From the NCBI GenBank assembly GCA_012295275.1, contig CM022672.1:24366001-24430000 (forward strand): a stretch of 64,000 nucleotides of DNA, in the 5' to 3' direction. Position numbers and translations under genes: made by a program. The notes beneath the pieces were generated by a model. The model saw only the letters and a program-made list of their open reading frames with translations. It did no database searches and was not told where the DNA came from. This DNA is from Chrysomallon squamiferum (lineage: Eukaryota > Animalia > Mollusca). Position 1 is the first letter of the stretch. Each line of letters begins with the position of its first letter. Shown here in pieces: positions 52,101-64,000 of this stretch.

Positions 52101-55100
52101 GCAATAAAGAAAACAATAATGATTTGTAAAACTAAGCATACCTCATACATTAGTATTTATAACATGAAAAAAAGAAGGAACTGTTAATGATTCAAAATAT
52201 AAAACAATTATAATACCTTGTTTGTTTTCTTTTACAATTTTGATTTTGTATGTAAGAGGCATATAAGGAGTTTTATATCCATCACAGACAACAGAGAAGT
52301 AAGTGAAGAGAGCCAAGCCTGATAGAGGTGTTACAAAACAAGAACCTCCAGTCGGTGGTGAATCAGTCTTAAACTTATATGTAGATGTTGCCACACTGCC
52401 ATCTTCAGCATAACCTAAAATAACAAAGAAGTAGATACTTTATAAAAGAAACAAAATTATCAGAAATGAAATATTGGTTATCCTAAGAAATATCCACAAA
52501 TCATAAAAATTAATTGGTTAAAAATGGCTTAACTTACTGATAGTGGTTTTTTGTATGAAACTGCATGTGTTGAAAGGTGTTATATTTCAGGGTTTTTTTT
52601 TTTTTTCCGCATATTCCAAAGACCACTTCCTCCAAACTGAAATCAGAATAGGTTCACCTCTATTCTACTTCAACTAAAGGCTTTTAAATCACTGAACTAG
52701 TTTCAGGTGTAGCAAAAACAACTGAAGATGCAGAACCAATATATTTTGTTGGGGAATAACTTTCAAATAATTTCAGTCATGAGTAAATTAATAAAGACAA
52801 AAGTAGAACTTCTCAATTCAAAATGCCATTAATAAATAATGATAGTAACTTCACAAACATTAGTATAATTCATTGTTGTTTTAAATATTATTAAAAATTA
52901 AAATGCTTTGTGTAAATTTGCTGAATCCTTCACAGTAAAAAGCTTGCAATAAAACACATGGCAGTATGAAATATATCTGAAAAAAATCATTCTGTATAAC
53001 TTGTAGTGAATGATATGGTAGTTCAATATCAGTTACAAAATACCAAAAATTAAAAAAGCATGAAAAAATAACATTATGTTACTATTTATTACAATAATAT
53101 TCCTTTTCAACTAAACCAGCCTTATTTAATCAGCGATAGGAAATAAAAATCAGCAGTCACCTATCACAGATTTCTTACTTCTAAATTGACTTGTTTAAAT
53201 ATTTTCCCCATATCTTGGTAGAACAGGATATTATATTACATATTACCAGAGAACTAGAACCCAGTTCATTCCATTAATTTGATCACAAAATGCAAGAGGA
53301 AATATTATCAACACACTGTGTCATTTTAAATGATATATAACACAGACAACAGTCATAATAAGGAAAAACAAGGATGGAAACACCTGAAGGCAATCGGCAA
53401 TAACAAAAATATAGATTCTCACCAAAGACTTTAAATGTATATTCTGTTGACATATTGAGAGCTCCTTCTGTCAGTATCATTTTTTTCTCTGAATTCAATG
53501 TTGTGGTCATAGGTCCCCAAACTTCAAATGGTATTATGCCAAACTTTTTACTTGACAGTTTCCAAGTTTGAGTTTTCAGCAAAACTCCATGTGATGAACA
53601 ATCTACACATTCCATTTCCAATTCCAAACGCACATTTGGTAGTACCACCTGCCTGCAATTCTTGATACATCTGACAATGAAAGTGAAGGGAGAATATTAA
53701 TGTCCAAATTCTTAATATCATGTCATAAATAGTTTTTATTTTAAATTATTATATATATATATTTTTTAAATTCATTAAATTATCAGTAAGACAATGCAAT
53801 TTACTTCCACGAGCAAACTTAACTAAAAGGCAAAGGTCTGAATGAAATGCATCATACAGTATACTTTTCTTCATTTTTTGATTATTAGTGTTCTAGTTTT
53901 CGTTTTCTTTTATAAACACCTTTGTGAAACAGACATGCTATCTAGAAGAGTATCTTTAGTTTTTGGTATATGTACAATAATCGTTCAAAGCACGTTAACA
54001 TAGCATTAATGATCATTTAGCTCATATTTATTTCCTCTGTGTGCTTAATACATTCAAAGCAGAATAAAAGTGACAATTTATAATGGATGTTTCAATATAA
54101 ATTTATCCATTTCAGATTTGTTTTGATACAACCATAATGAATATTTTGATATAGTGGCTGTTATTGATGTGAAATCTTGTCTGATCAATTCTTTGATTAA
54201 AAATTAAAGAAAAATCCTCCAAAACAGAAAACTCTTCTTCTTTTATTTAAATTTTCAAAGAAATGTGACCCATGATTTTAATTATTAATTATATACAAAA
54301 ATGTTTAAACACATTTCAGAATCAATGAAGTTTGAATTTATCTTCTCTTCACAAAATTGATTCTATTTTCTATGAGGTTGCAATGTTTTTTCTTCTTAAG
54401 GAGAATTGCTAACTTGTTTCAAGAAAAATGTATTGTATGAAAAAAATGTGTAAAATAATTTCATTCTAAAAAGCAACCTTATCTTGAGCTGAGGAGTGGA
54501 GAAATCATCAACAAACACATTAATAGTAATATCAGAACCAGGCACATTAGGTTTGCTGATGAAAACACTCATCATGTATGTCTTGTTGACCAACAAGTGA
54601 TATGGTGGTATTTTCAGGATTGACCCTATTAATGATAATTAAATAATGTTAAATTTCATCATGTCTGTTCATTACACACTAAATGAAATTATTTTCTGTT
54701 TTTTCTATTCATATACTATGAAATATATTTACAAAAGTATAACAATCATACTTTTCTGGTTTTAACAGAAATAGATAAATACAAAGTAAATAGATTAATT
54801 TTTATAATATATTTTCCACATTAAAATAAATATATTATTAAGTAAATACCATTCTCTTTAAGCAAGTAATTCTTTAAAGGATGAAAATCTCTCCATAATT
54901 CATTCACAAAATTACAAGTAGCATTAGTATCATTCATTTTACAAAGCCACTCAAAGCTGGAATCAGAAAAAAAAAAAAAAAAATAAAAAATAAAATCAGA
55001 ATAAAAATGAATCAGAAAATAGATAACTGAATTTTGCAATAAGTTTTCCAAGTGATGAACAAAATGAAGACCAAGAAATATGAGTAATAATTTTCTTCTA

Positions 55101-58100
55101 TCCATAATTGAAATGTCCAACTCTTAATATGTGGCAGATCCTTCTATGCAATATCAACAAAATACTTTTTTCCTTTTTTTTAGATTATTATTAATTAAAT
55201 TGTTTGTGGACAGTTATTGTTAAACTTGATATATCAAGGTGAATTTAATTCTTTTTAATCTTTTTTTTTAACCAAAGTAAATTTTTAAGTATTACTTTCA
55301 AAAGTTAACACTTTCATTTCAAAAAAATTTCTTAACAAATAAACAGTATTAATAATTTTGAAGTGAAAAATTTGGTTTTTAACAGTTTTAACCAAAATGT
55401 TAAACACAATTTTTTAAAAGCCATTTAGATTCTCTTTATGATTAAAAAGATAAATGTAGATTAATTTACATTGCACAAGGAAAAAAAAGAAAATGAAATA
55501 ATATAACATACTATCATTGAAGTTATACAGAAAGATACTTTACACAAGTTCTCTCCACATACACACACACACTATACTGAGTCTGAATTTACTCTAAGTT
55601 AACAGCTACCTTTCTTTTTTGTGACTGTTTCTAACAAGCTCTAAATTGACCCATTTATCTACAATATCTACAATAAACACTGTTTAATACTATTTCAGTT
55701 TTATTACTTCTAAATTGATTTCCTTCAATTATATGACCAATATCTCATATTACTTACTGTGTCATTGTGGAATTCACTGGCAATTTAGAAGTGGAGCAAT
55801 GCCTCACAAAGAGTTACAGCATGTAAATATTTGTCTTTAATTTATTTTATGTAGACTGTTATTGTATCAGCTGTGTTCATAAATACAGATCTAGAAACAA
55901 GATAAATTAGTAGCAGAAATCTCTATCATATTACTTGTGAATTAGATAGATATATACATACAGTAAATACTTACCTGATGTTTGACTTGGTATTCTGATT
56001 TGGATCTATACTTGCTGATGCATTTATTATCAATTCTCTATTGGCTGGAATTTTACGGGATGTTGTTGAATGTTCTAAAACAATCTTCAAAGGTTCTACA
56101 ATCACATTAAAAAATCCCTGAGGAATTGAAAAAAGAGAGACTATGTAAAATTAAGGCCAAAGCTCAAATTTTTTTATGTATAGAATTTCTAAATGTATTC
56201 CAGTACACATATATCAAAAATATAAAAATGTTACACAAGTGTTTTTATTAAAGCATTTAAAAAACAAATAAATTAATTAATATAAAAATTCTTGCTAAGA
56301 ATTACACAAAAAGACTCATATGTGATTTTTTACTACATATGCTGTGGACAAGTCAGACAGTTTTATTTCATATTTCCTGTTAGTGTAATTAAAAATGTTT
56401 TGAACAAGTATTGTTTAGACTGCTGATTTTTCATTGATGTAATATTATGTAATACTGCATTTAATGTATCATAGAATATCTTGAATATCTGTTTCACTTT
56501 TAACATGACCTATGGAATCAATTATTGTGGAAATACCTTAATCATAGTACAAAAGATTTCAGTCTAGCTTGATGTTTTTGTAATGTGAATTAGTAATGCA
56601 TCATTCCAGTAAAGTTATTGACATAAGATCTCCAATTTTATTATTTTACAAATCATCTCTCAAGTCTGAACAATTTCATGGCTTATCAGCATGCAACATA
56701 TATATCAAGGGTCTATTAAAATATGTAAATACAGCAGGACAAATGGAATAAGAATCAAATATCTGAAATAAAACATTCTAACAGTAATGATAAATGCTAA
56801 ATGAAAATGACAAAATATAGTTCAGCACAAACTATTGTATTTTGATTGCTAATTAAATATAATTTTTCTGTTTTAATTAATTTCCATGACAGCCTAATGC
56901 TGTGTTGCTGCCTTTAATATATAAAACATGATTTTGATTTTAATTCTTTGTTTGACAGGTGGGAGTTGCTGTTGTTTTGATGTTTTTGTGTACTGTATAT
57001 TTATTATCAATTAGAGTATTTTTAACACAAAAAGTAATTCTGTTGCAACTGAGCTGAAATCAAATGTAAAATGTCTGGCTTAGAATAAACAAGCTAACAA
57101 TATCTATATAATTACATTCAATAATTAATGCTATTTGAATTTCTGAAAATTATATTATATACTAGGACATTTTATTAATATCATGTCCTAAGAAAACTAC
57201 AGTTTTTTGAAAGATATTAAAATACTGAAGACAGTTTTTAAAATATTATATTTAACAGATGTTAATCAATTTATTAAGTTTTCATAAATAAATAAATAAA
57301 ATAAAATAAAATAAAATAAAATAAAGAAAAAGTAAAAAACGAATTAATAATGTAATAATCCAAAATGTTGTAAAATTATGATATTTTGTTGTTTTCTTGG
57401 TGATTTTTTTCAGTTTTTCTGAAATATTTTCTTACTGATCTCCAAGTAAAATTAATTTAAAAAGAAAAGACTTATCCTGTTATAATCATCCACAGCCCTC
57501 CAATCTGAACTGAAACAAATCCAAATATCCTAGAAATTCATTAAAATAACAATTATAATAGTAATTTTTGTTATTATTCCTCTTTTAATATAACTGGTAT
57601 TTCTTTTCTTTTCTTTTTTTTTTTAATTATTATTATTATAGTAGTAGTAGTTGGGTTTTTTTTAAATTACAAAATAATGATATAATTGTAAGCATATTAA
57701 ATTAAGACGTAACTTGGTGAAAAAATAAATATTCATGCTCTTACACAGCTTTCCTGTACATAGTTCTTTCCTATATAAGTACCAGTGACATGCAGACAAA
57801 CTTGTTTAATGCCTTTTGACATTGTTTTCAAATCAACAGTCACTTGTCCATTTTTGTTTTCTTTCAAGTAAGGTACGTCTATTGAATCAAAATCAGCATC
57901 AGAGTAGCAACGGTCTGAACTGTCAAATTTAAAAGAACTGAATGTCCATTTAAATTTTGTAATCTGAAAATTTTCTCCTTTTCCCAATACATCATTGCAG
58001 CTGACTGCAATAGATGGCTGAAATGTCCTTACAAATCCTTGTGAGTATGGGTATGCTAACTGCAGTTTGCGTGATGCACCACCAACTCGTAAGGATGATA

Positions 58101-61100
58101 AACACTTTAATGTAACTTGATCATGGTAAGCTACTGTGAACTCAAATGGACGACTAGAAATCACTTTCCCTCCAGTTGTATGTCCAATTGTCGCATTAAA
58201 TTTACCTCCTGTGTTTGGTTTATAAGATATAGTTGCACATAACTGAACTTTTGTGCTTAATTTAATTTCATGAAATTCAGGAATGCAGGAATAATCCTTT
58301 GTGATATTGACATAATAAATATATCCTTTTACAGGATTGCTTATAATTGCTCTAAATGTAATATTTTCACCAACTTGAAAATTGTTTTTCTCTATCAAAA
58401 TCCATAAATCATTTGGTTTCTCTGCAAAAATAAATAAATATATAAATAAATAAACAAACAAATAACATTTTAAAAAAAAAAGCAGTATAGGTGTGTCCAG
58501 TTTAGTAAAATTCCTATAATAATAATAATTATTATTTTTTATTTTTTATTATTTTTGCTAATCAAAAATTCTACATTACTTTTATTTTTAATGTTCAATC
58601 ACAGATACATGAAATTTCTTTTAATATTTATTTAATAACTATACAAAATATAATTAAAATAATTTTTAAATGCTGATTAATGGAAATCAACTAAGTTTAT
58701 CTTACATTTCTATCAGGGTATCAGGGTGCATGAATTATTTACAAATGAAATGAAATTAAATAAATGGATATTTAATGACCCTGCAGCACAAAAAGCAGAT
58801 CAACTGTTAAATCAGGCAGAGGAATGAAAATAATAAATTATTCACATAAAACAATGATTATGAAAAAAAAGAGTAAAAAAATACAAACAATCCGTTGATT
58901 CTGATGATTAAAGGATTGTTGTCATAAAGTAAATAAATTTATCAGAAGCAATATGGAATTTGTATTTTTATTTTTATTTTTTAGAATATTAAAAAATGTA
59001 TTCTTGAAAAATAACATACCACAAATCCCAGTTATGGCTTGTTGACAGTAACAAACAGCTTTTGTTGAATTGTACAAACATATGTTACCCTCAGGACACG
59101 GATGTGATGCACAGGGATTTTTATCTGAACATCCTAAGCTTTCTTTACTGTTGTAATAGAAATTATCAAAGCCACATGTTTCTACTTCCAGTTTGCATGA
59201 GTAATAAAAGCATTCATAGGAATGAGAAGTCACTGGAATGTACATACTGGGCTTGGTTCCACACTGAGGATTGTTTGCATTCTCATCTGAAGAGAAATAC
59301 ATTTTTTAAAAGTAATTTAGAATTTTACATTAGAATTAAAAAATGTTATAGTGAAAAAAAAAATTCATAAACACAAAAGAAGCAGTAAAACAGCAAAATT
59401 TGCAGTTCTCTCTGATTAGAAATAAACAAATGATTGCTGGTAACAGCACCTGGTATTTCAAGTTTATTATAGATGCAATTACTGTAATACTGAACATTAA
59501 AAATAATGCATTATGTTCAATCTCAAATTGGATAATTACAATAAAAAAAAAAAAAAAAAAAAAAAACAGATAAATATTTATATTTTAGAATCAATGAATC
59601 ACATTTAAAATCAATAAACTGTAAATGAACTTCCACAGTTTGTGGCACTTCTCAACAAGAAGTTTGGCAAGTGGGCTATGACAACTGATCTGAGTGCTTT
59701 TCAGTGAGATAATGAAACACGATGAGAATGCTTGAGAATGGTTGACACTACTTCCATTATGAAAGATTTTGCTCATATAAAATCTCTAAGGTGCAACATA
59801 CAACTTAATCTGAGCCTGAATCACACTTGTCTACTGACCTAAACTCTGACCCATATTTTCGGGGTATACATGCAGTTACATTATTGTTTAATGGCATTTG
59901 CACTGGTTTTTAATTTTAATACTGTTGGCAAGATTCCTTTTGTTTCAACAATAGATCTGACTGATTGTTCAAACATTAATGTGTGTTTATCTTGTATGTA
60001 AAGCTATAATAATACTATAATAATAGTGGGTGTGGTTTGAGGGGCATGGGGACATTTAATTTTGTAACTAGCCAGCTGTAGGGGCCTATGCTATGTTTTG
60101 CAACAGGCCCCACTGTTGCTTAATCTGGCTCTTTATGTAGGATACCGATTTTTTCTTAGAAAAGAGAAATTATGTGACAAAAGCAGTAACTGTATTAGCA
60201 ATGAAAATAACCTATTAAAAAATTCAAAAACAAACTGAGGAAGAATTAGTTACTTTTATCAAACATAATATACTTAACCAAAAACAATTAACAAGTTTTT
60301 GTAAATGACTGTTGCTTCCAAATAAATTAAAATAAAGTGATAGACTTTGGTACTATGTTAGTTGAATATCTCCTGTCAGTTTGGGTAATGAAAAGAACAC
60401 TATTTGTCATATCACATGCCGCTATGTGTACTGCAGCAAACGCATTGTGCTTGAACTATCTCAGAAGCGCATGCAATACAGATGTGTTAAAATCACATTT
60501 TGATGCACTGAACCAACATTATCCAAAAACAAAAGGAAGAATGTATCTTGTTATCATGGGTCCAGGCTTAATGGAAAATCAGCATCTTGAAGCAATGGGA
60601 TGGCTTAATGCTGGCCAATGCACACATGACTTCGCTCAGTACTTTCATGTTCATGACAGTACCGTATCACAACTCCAACAATGTGTACACCAAACTGGGC
60701 AAGTGTGAGACTGGCCACGTTCTGGTAGCTGACATTAACCACTCCAAGGGAAGATAGTTATTTAGTGATGTAATCTCAACACCACATGTTTTAAAGTGCT
60801 CCATGTCTAACCTGTTCTTTGCAGCAAACAAGAGGCTCTAGAATTTATGCTCAAACTGTCTGTAACCATCTCCATGCTGCTGGATTCCAAGCACATCACT
60901 CTGTTGTAGCTGTTACCCTGACAACGTGTCACATTTAGGGTACACAAAAACTCACCTCATATCCTTAATATCCATGACATACAAACTGCTCTGAACCGGG
61001 AAAGCAATTACTGTTCCTGAGATTAATGCTCTCATTAGAAGCATGAGACAATGATGTACTGCTTGACATCAATGTTGCTGGTGCATACACACATTATTGA

Positions 61101-63481
61101 GCCTCATTCACCATTTTGGTAGATGTACCCCTGTATTTCGTAACTTGACATTAAAGTAACAACACTGACACCATGGCAACATGTTACTGCTGGCTACATT
61201 CAGAAATCATGTGTACAAATAAATTCAACATCCATTCAGGTTGTCTGTATTTCATATCTAGTACTTAATTGCTAAACTTATCTGGCACAGTATATGCTTA
61301 TTAAGACAATGATTTGACTAATATAGATCTAGAAAGATTACTTAATAACTATAGTGTAGCCAGACTAAATGATATTATGTCAGAATCACTACTGGAGAAT
61401 TAATTTATAAAGAAGTTACTAAAATTTTATCAAAAATGAGTATTTTAAAGTCATGGCAACAGATGAACCCTCTGCTGGGTTTATCAAAGAAAGATGAGGC
61501 AACAGAACATATTAAAAATTGGAGACCAATACCACTCCTAAACATTATTTACAAATTAGGGTCAGAAGCTGCAGCAGAAAAAAAAAAAAAAAACCCTCTC
61601 TCATCACTATTATCCAGAGATCAAAATGGATTTATTTTGGCCAATCAATGTCATCAATATTAGACATATACAGGGTGTCCACAAAGTCTGGGTACATGGG
61701 GAATTTTACTATGTTATTTATTTATGTTATTTTTCTTACCCAGATCAAATGATGGCTCTGTCTAAAGAAGTTGGAATCGAGTTGGTACTCTTATTTATTA
61801 ACATTAGAATTAAATAAAACTATTTTATTTTAAAAGTATGTATTAATCCCTTATGTACCCAGACTTTGTGGACACCCTGTATGATATATATTACATTATA
61901 CAGTCAGAGAAATTAAGCCTGGAATGTTATTAATTGTAGATTTTGGGCAAATTTATAACAAAAGTTTTACCTTATTAAAGTTATGGGTCTCAGTTCAAAG
62001 ATGGATATGGACATTTATAATGAATATGAATGATATTTATACCTAAATGATAAGATCACTGAATGCTTAAAAAGTGGCAAAGAATGAAGGTAAGGAACCA
62101 GTTATCGGCCTATATTTCTATTTTATGTGCTGAGATTCTTAGATTCTTAGATGGTAAGAAATAACAATATACACAAAATTGGGATAAACAGCAATGAATT
62201 TAAATTTCACAGTTTGCTGATGACACAACATAACTATTAGAATGATGTGATAAAACTCTTACAGCCTTTAAGGAAACATCAGAATATTTTACCAAAATAT
62301 CTGTCTTAAATATAATACAGATAAAACTAATATAGGCAAATTAGGCAAAGACTAAAATGATTACAGAAAAATGTGTTCAAAACATAAATTTAAATAAATT
62401 ATAGAATTTACAATACTTGGGTATGGTTTTCCATGGATCTGTATCAAAGACAAGAATTTAACTAAAATTCAAAGTTGAATGAGCTTAAAAGGCTTCTTGA
62501 ATGATGGTCAGAATGGTCTTTGTCACAGCTAGGAAATTATTACTGTAATCAAAAGTGCAGTTTTATTGAAAAAAAAATAATAATAAAAAAAAAACAATTC
62601 TTCTCTACCAACACCGACAGGGTCTTTTTTTTAACAAATTAGTTATCTATTTCTTTTAATTACTTTGGAATATAAAGCCTGATAAAAAAGTTAGAAAAAT
62701 ATTCAGGATTACAAAATTGTGGATTAAAAGCAATAAAAGTTATTTTGTAATTTACTAAAAATATCATATCTCAAAAGTATGTATTAGGACCAAAATATTT
62801 CCCCTCTTTTGAGTAATTGTTTGCAAGCTTCACTAGTATCAGTTTTGGGGGTCAGCCTACAGTAAAACAAAATCACTGATAAGCAGAAACCCCTTTTGGA
62901 AAAATGTATTACATATATGGTCAAATTTTATAGAAAAATGAAAAGCTACTATGTTATTTATTTATGTTATTTTTCTTACATTAGGGAATTAGGTAATCTT
63001 TGTTATAAACAATGTATTTATTTATTTCTTATTAATTATTCATCTGCTGGCTGCTAATAAAAGAACTTGCAATACATAATATTATTCAACCACTGTTCAG
63101 TTGAAGAGCAACAAATGGTGGATAAACTCTCCTTTTCTAAGTTCTTTTCTTTTAATACACAGATTAATGAAAATGAGCATGCCAACATAAACAAATAAAA
63201 ATACATGTACAATTTAGGGAAATAAATATAAATCATAGAAAACATTTTAGAAATATGAAAATAATATTAATAATAATAATAAAACAAAAATTTGAACTTG
63301 TAAAACGAAAGTAGAAACACAAACTTGATGATTCTGCTGGACATCCATATAGTTCTATTCTGAGTGTAAAAGATATTTTATCTGCATTGTAGCTCCAAGA
63401 TATCCTAACAAATCTTGCAATAATTGGAGATGAAAAGTGTGTTGATTTGACAGCCTTGGGTACAAATCCACAGTTAAATTC
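31639..63481 (-). CDS. Gene A: polycystin-1/REJ family (PKD1-like) receptor, 3' 25 exons; 5' end lies beyond the window
   Basis: Exons 63325-63481, 59020-59286, 57745-58421, 55975-56117, 54850-54956, 54478-54625, 53423-53670, 52217-52414, 51287-51432, 48702-48798, 48252-48340, 47485-47610, 45033-45124, 44523-44613, 43712-43981, 42972-43125, 40797-41149, 39653-39775, 39024-39254, 36689-36966, 35500-36033, 34845-35101, 33680-33972, 33117-33261, 31639-32849. All are GT-AG with compatible phases and sum to 6435 nt. Domain order REJ-GPS-TM-PLAT-TMs-polycystin channel is diagnostic of the PKD1 family. Confidence 0.93.
33117..35101 (-). CDS. Gene A TM4-5, S1 and TOP-start exons (34845-35101, 33680-33972, 33117-33261)
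   Basis: LYGLKYG..KSIAW..SF..SF.ESLFV.EPVKV; W.YL..TLL; LVG.ACLRQIR are polycystin signatures. Confidence 0.93.
35500..36966 (-). CDS. Gene A PLAT/LH2 domain + TM2-3 exons (36689-36966, 35500-36033)
   Basis: YLICVVTGWWKHAGTSSRV...LG.I..V.IWHNNSG..PSWFL..V.V.D...WL; HIW.SIF..P..S.FT..QRLTC. Confidence 0.95.
39024..39775 (-). CDS. Gene A GPS motif + TM1 exons (39653-39775, 39024-39254)
   Basis: CSYWN...W..DGC / CQCRHL|STFSGGIFVAPN followed by hydrophobic PVVVTVVVGVWLLYFLLLAWA. Confidence 0.95.
40694..40747. repeat. (TAAA)n/(TAA)n microsatellite
   Basis: Direct reading; intronic, explains the poly-Y tail of ORF 40632..41177. Confidence 0.9.
40797..48798 (-). CDS. Gene A helical/GAIN-region exons (48702-48798, 48252-48340, 47485-47610, 45033-45124, 44523-44613, 43712-43981, 42972-43125, 40797-41149)
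   Basis: Open, phase-compatible GT-AG exons with amphipathic helical character and the NPYLFS motif of polycystin GAIN regions. The small exons are less certain. Confidence 0.75.
48918..49125. repeat. (TAT)n and poly-T low-complexity tract
   Basis: Direct reading. Confidence 0.85.
51287..56117 (-). CDS. Gene A REJ-domain exons (55975-56117, 54850-54956, 54478-54625, 53423-53670, 52217-52414, 51287-51432)
   Basis: REJ motifs INASASIDPN, SFEWLC, CIKNC, PPTGGSCFVTP..G.AL.T.F.V.C, LYYG; phases chain 0-2-1-2-1-1-0. Confidence 0.9.
51750..52028 (-). mobile_element. Decayed tRNA-derived SINE
   Basis: Minus strand opens with A-box-like TATCTCAGTGGTAGAAC. Body carries ATGGTACATATAAAAG and GGTTTCCTCTC blocks that I recall from gastropod SINEs. 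A related GGTTTCCTCTC piece lies at ~50500-50590 (+). Confidence 0.6.
57745..58421 (-). CDS. Gene A exon: PKD-like/REJ-start region
   Basis: 677 nt, phase 1-0; paralogue of 1320-1993 with one extra codon. Confidence 0.9.
59020..59286 (-). CDS. Gene A exon: Cys-rich segment + EGF-like domain
   Basis: 267 nt, phase 1-1; paralogue of 2304-2570. Confidence 0.9.
60271..61292 (+). mobile_element. Internally deleted, decayed Tc1-like transposon
   Basis: HTH part AMGWLNAG...AQYFHVHDSTVSQL...TGQV*DWPRSG and C-terminus ALIRSMRQ*C...AGAYTHY*; most of the DDE core is missing. Degenerate TATACT../..AGTATA ends are tentative. Confidence 0.8.
61330..62940 (+). mobile_element. Decayed L1/Tx1-like LINE reverse transcriptase fragment, interrupted by a MITE
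   Basis: IKNWRPIPLLNIIYKL, DQNGF, NIRHI|YDI, QFADDTT (~62210), YLG (~62414); many stops and deletions. Confidence 0.85.
61671..61879. mobile_element. Tc1/mariner-type MITE, 209 bp
   Basis: 27-bp perfect TIR CAGGGTGTCCACAAAGTCTGGGTACAT / ATGTACCCAGACTTTGTGGACACCCTG, with TA duplication. Confidence 0.92.
63325..63481 (-). CDS. Gene A exon: C-terminal part of F5/8C domain
   Basis: 157 nt; HFSSPIIARFVRISWSYNADKISFTLRIELYGC; paralogue of 3714-3870. Confidence 0.9.
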
Positions 63482-63787
63482 CTGAAAAGAAATATTTTAA
63501 TTTTAGGTATTTCTTTAAAACTGTGAAGAGAGTGCTATTAAAAATTAACAAATAGGATTATATCAGGACAATCAAAAACCTAAACAGGAACAGAAAGAAA
63601 AATTAATTCAAATAGTACTTTTTATTGTCTTACTTTTATAGATTCAAATAATCTGTTTTCAAAAGCTGAAGTTTATAATAACTGAAGAGACTATGGCCAT
63701 ATTTAAACAAGACAAGTAAATAAATAATTTAACAAAATTTGAGTTGGCTGAGTTAAACCTTCTATGAAATTAAACACAACTAGAACA

Positions 63788-63825
<38 letters not shown>

Positions 63826-64000
63826 CCATACATATTTTTTTAGATTTTTATCCTTTTTACAATTAATATTTCATTAATGAGTTTTCTCACTTCCAACACA
63901 TTTATTTAACAAAAATCTTTTAAAGTCTACTTTCAAATTTTATTGCACTGATTTAGTTTTTGTGACCAAATAACAAAGAAATAATTCCAGTGTACAAAAC

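Noticed and set aside
56526-56762. Exon-like segment with tatttcag acceptor between 57745 and 56117
   Set aside because: The required phase-0 frame hits TGA, and the flanking exons already join in frame.

Overview
AT-rich, CpG-depleted, intron-rich animal genomic DNA. It is probably a mollusc, but that is inferred only from repeat types. The window holds two head-to-tail, minus-strand paralogous polycystin-1/REJ-family (PKD1-like) genes. Gene A enters from beyond 64000. I could trace 25 phase-compatible GT-AG exons from 63481 down to the stop at 31639 (6435 nt, 2144 aa + stop), encoding discoidin end, EGF, PKD/REJ, GAIN/GPS (HL|S), TM1, PLAT, TM2-5 and the polycystin TOP + 6-TM channel. Gene B starts at an ATG at 22887, and 17 exons (3534 nt, 1178 aa) run to 1320, after which the gene leaves the window. 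It encodes a signal peptide, then (F5/8C discoidin-EGF-C-type lectin)x2, F5/8C, EGF and the REJ start. Three exons occur in both genes with matching lengths and phases, so joining the two halves predicts a ~2950-aa receptor with an unusual triplicated adhesive N-terminus. Introns and the intergenic region carry decayed Tc1/mariner, hAT, L1/Tx1-like LINE and SINE fragments, two related TA-flanked MITEs, a 211-bp near-perfect hairpin and a CpG-retaining island upstream of gene B. All exon boundaries were read by eye and need transcript confirmation.
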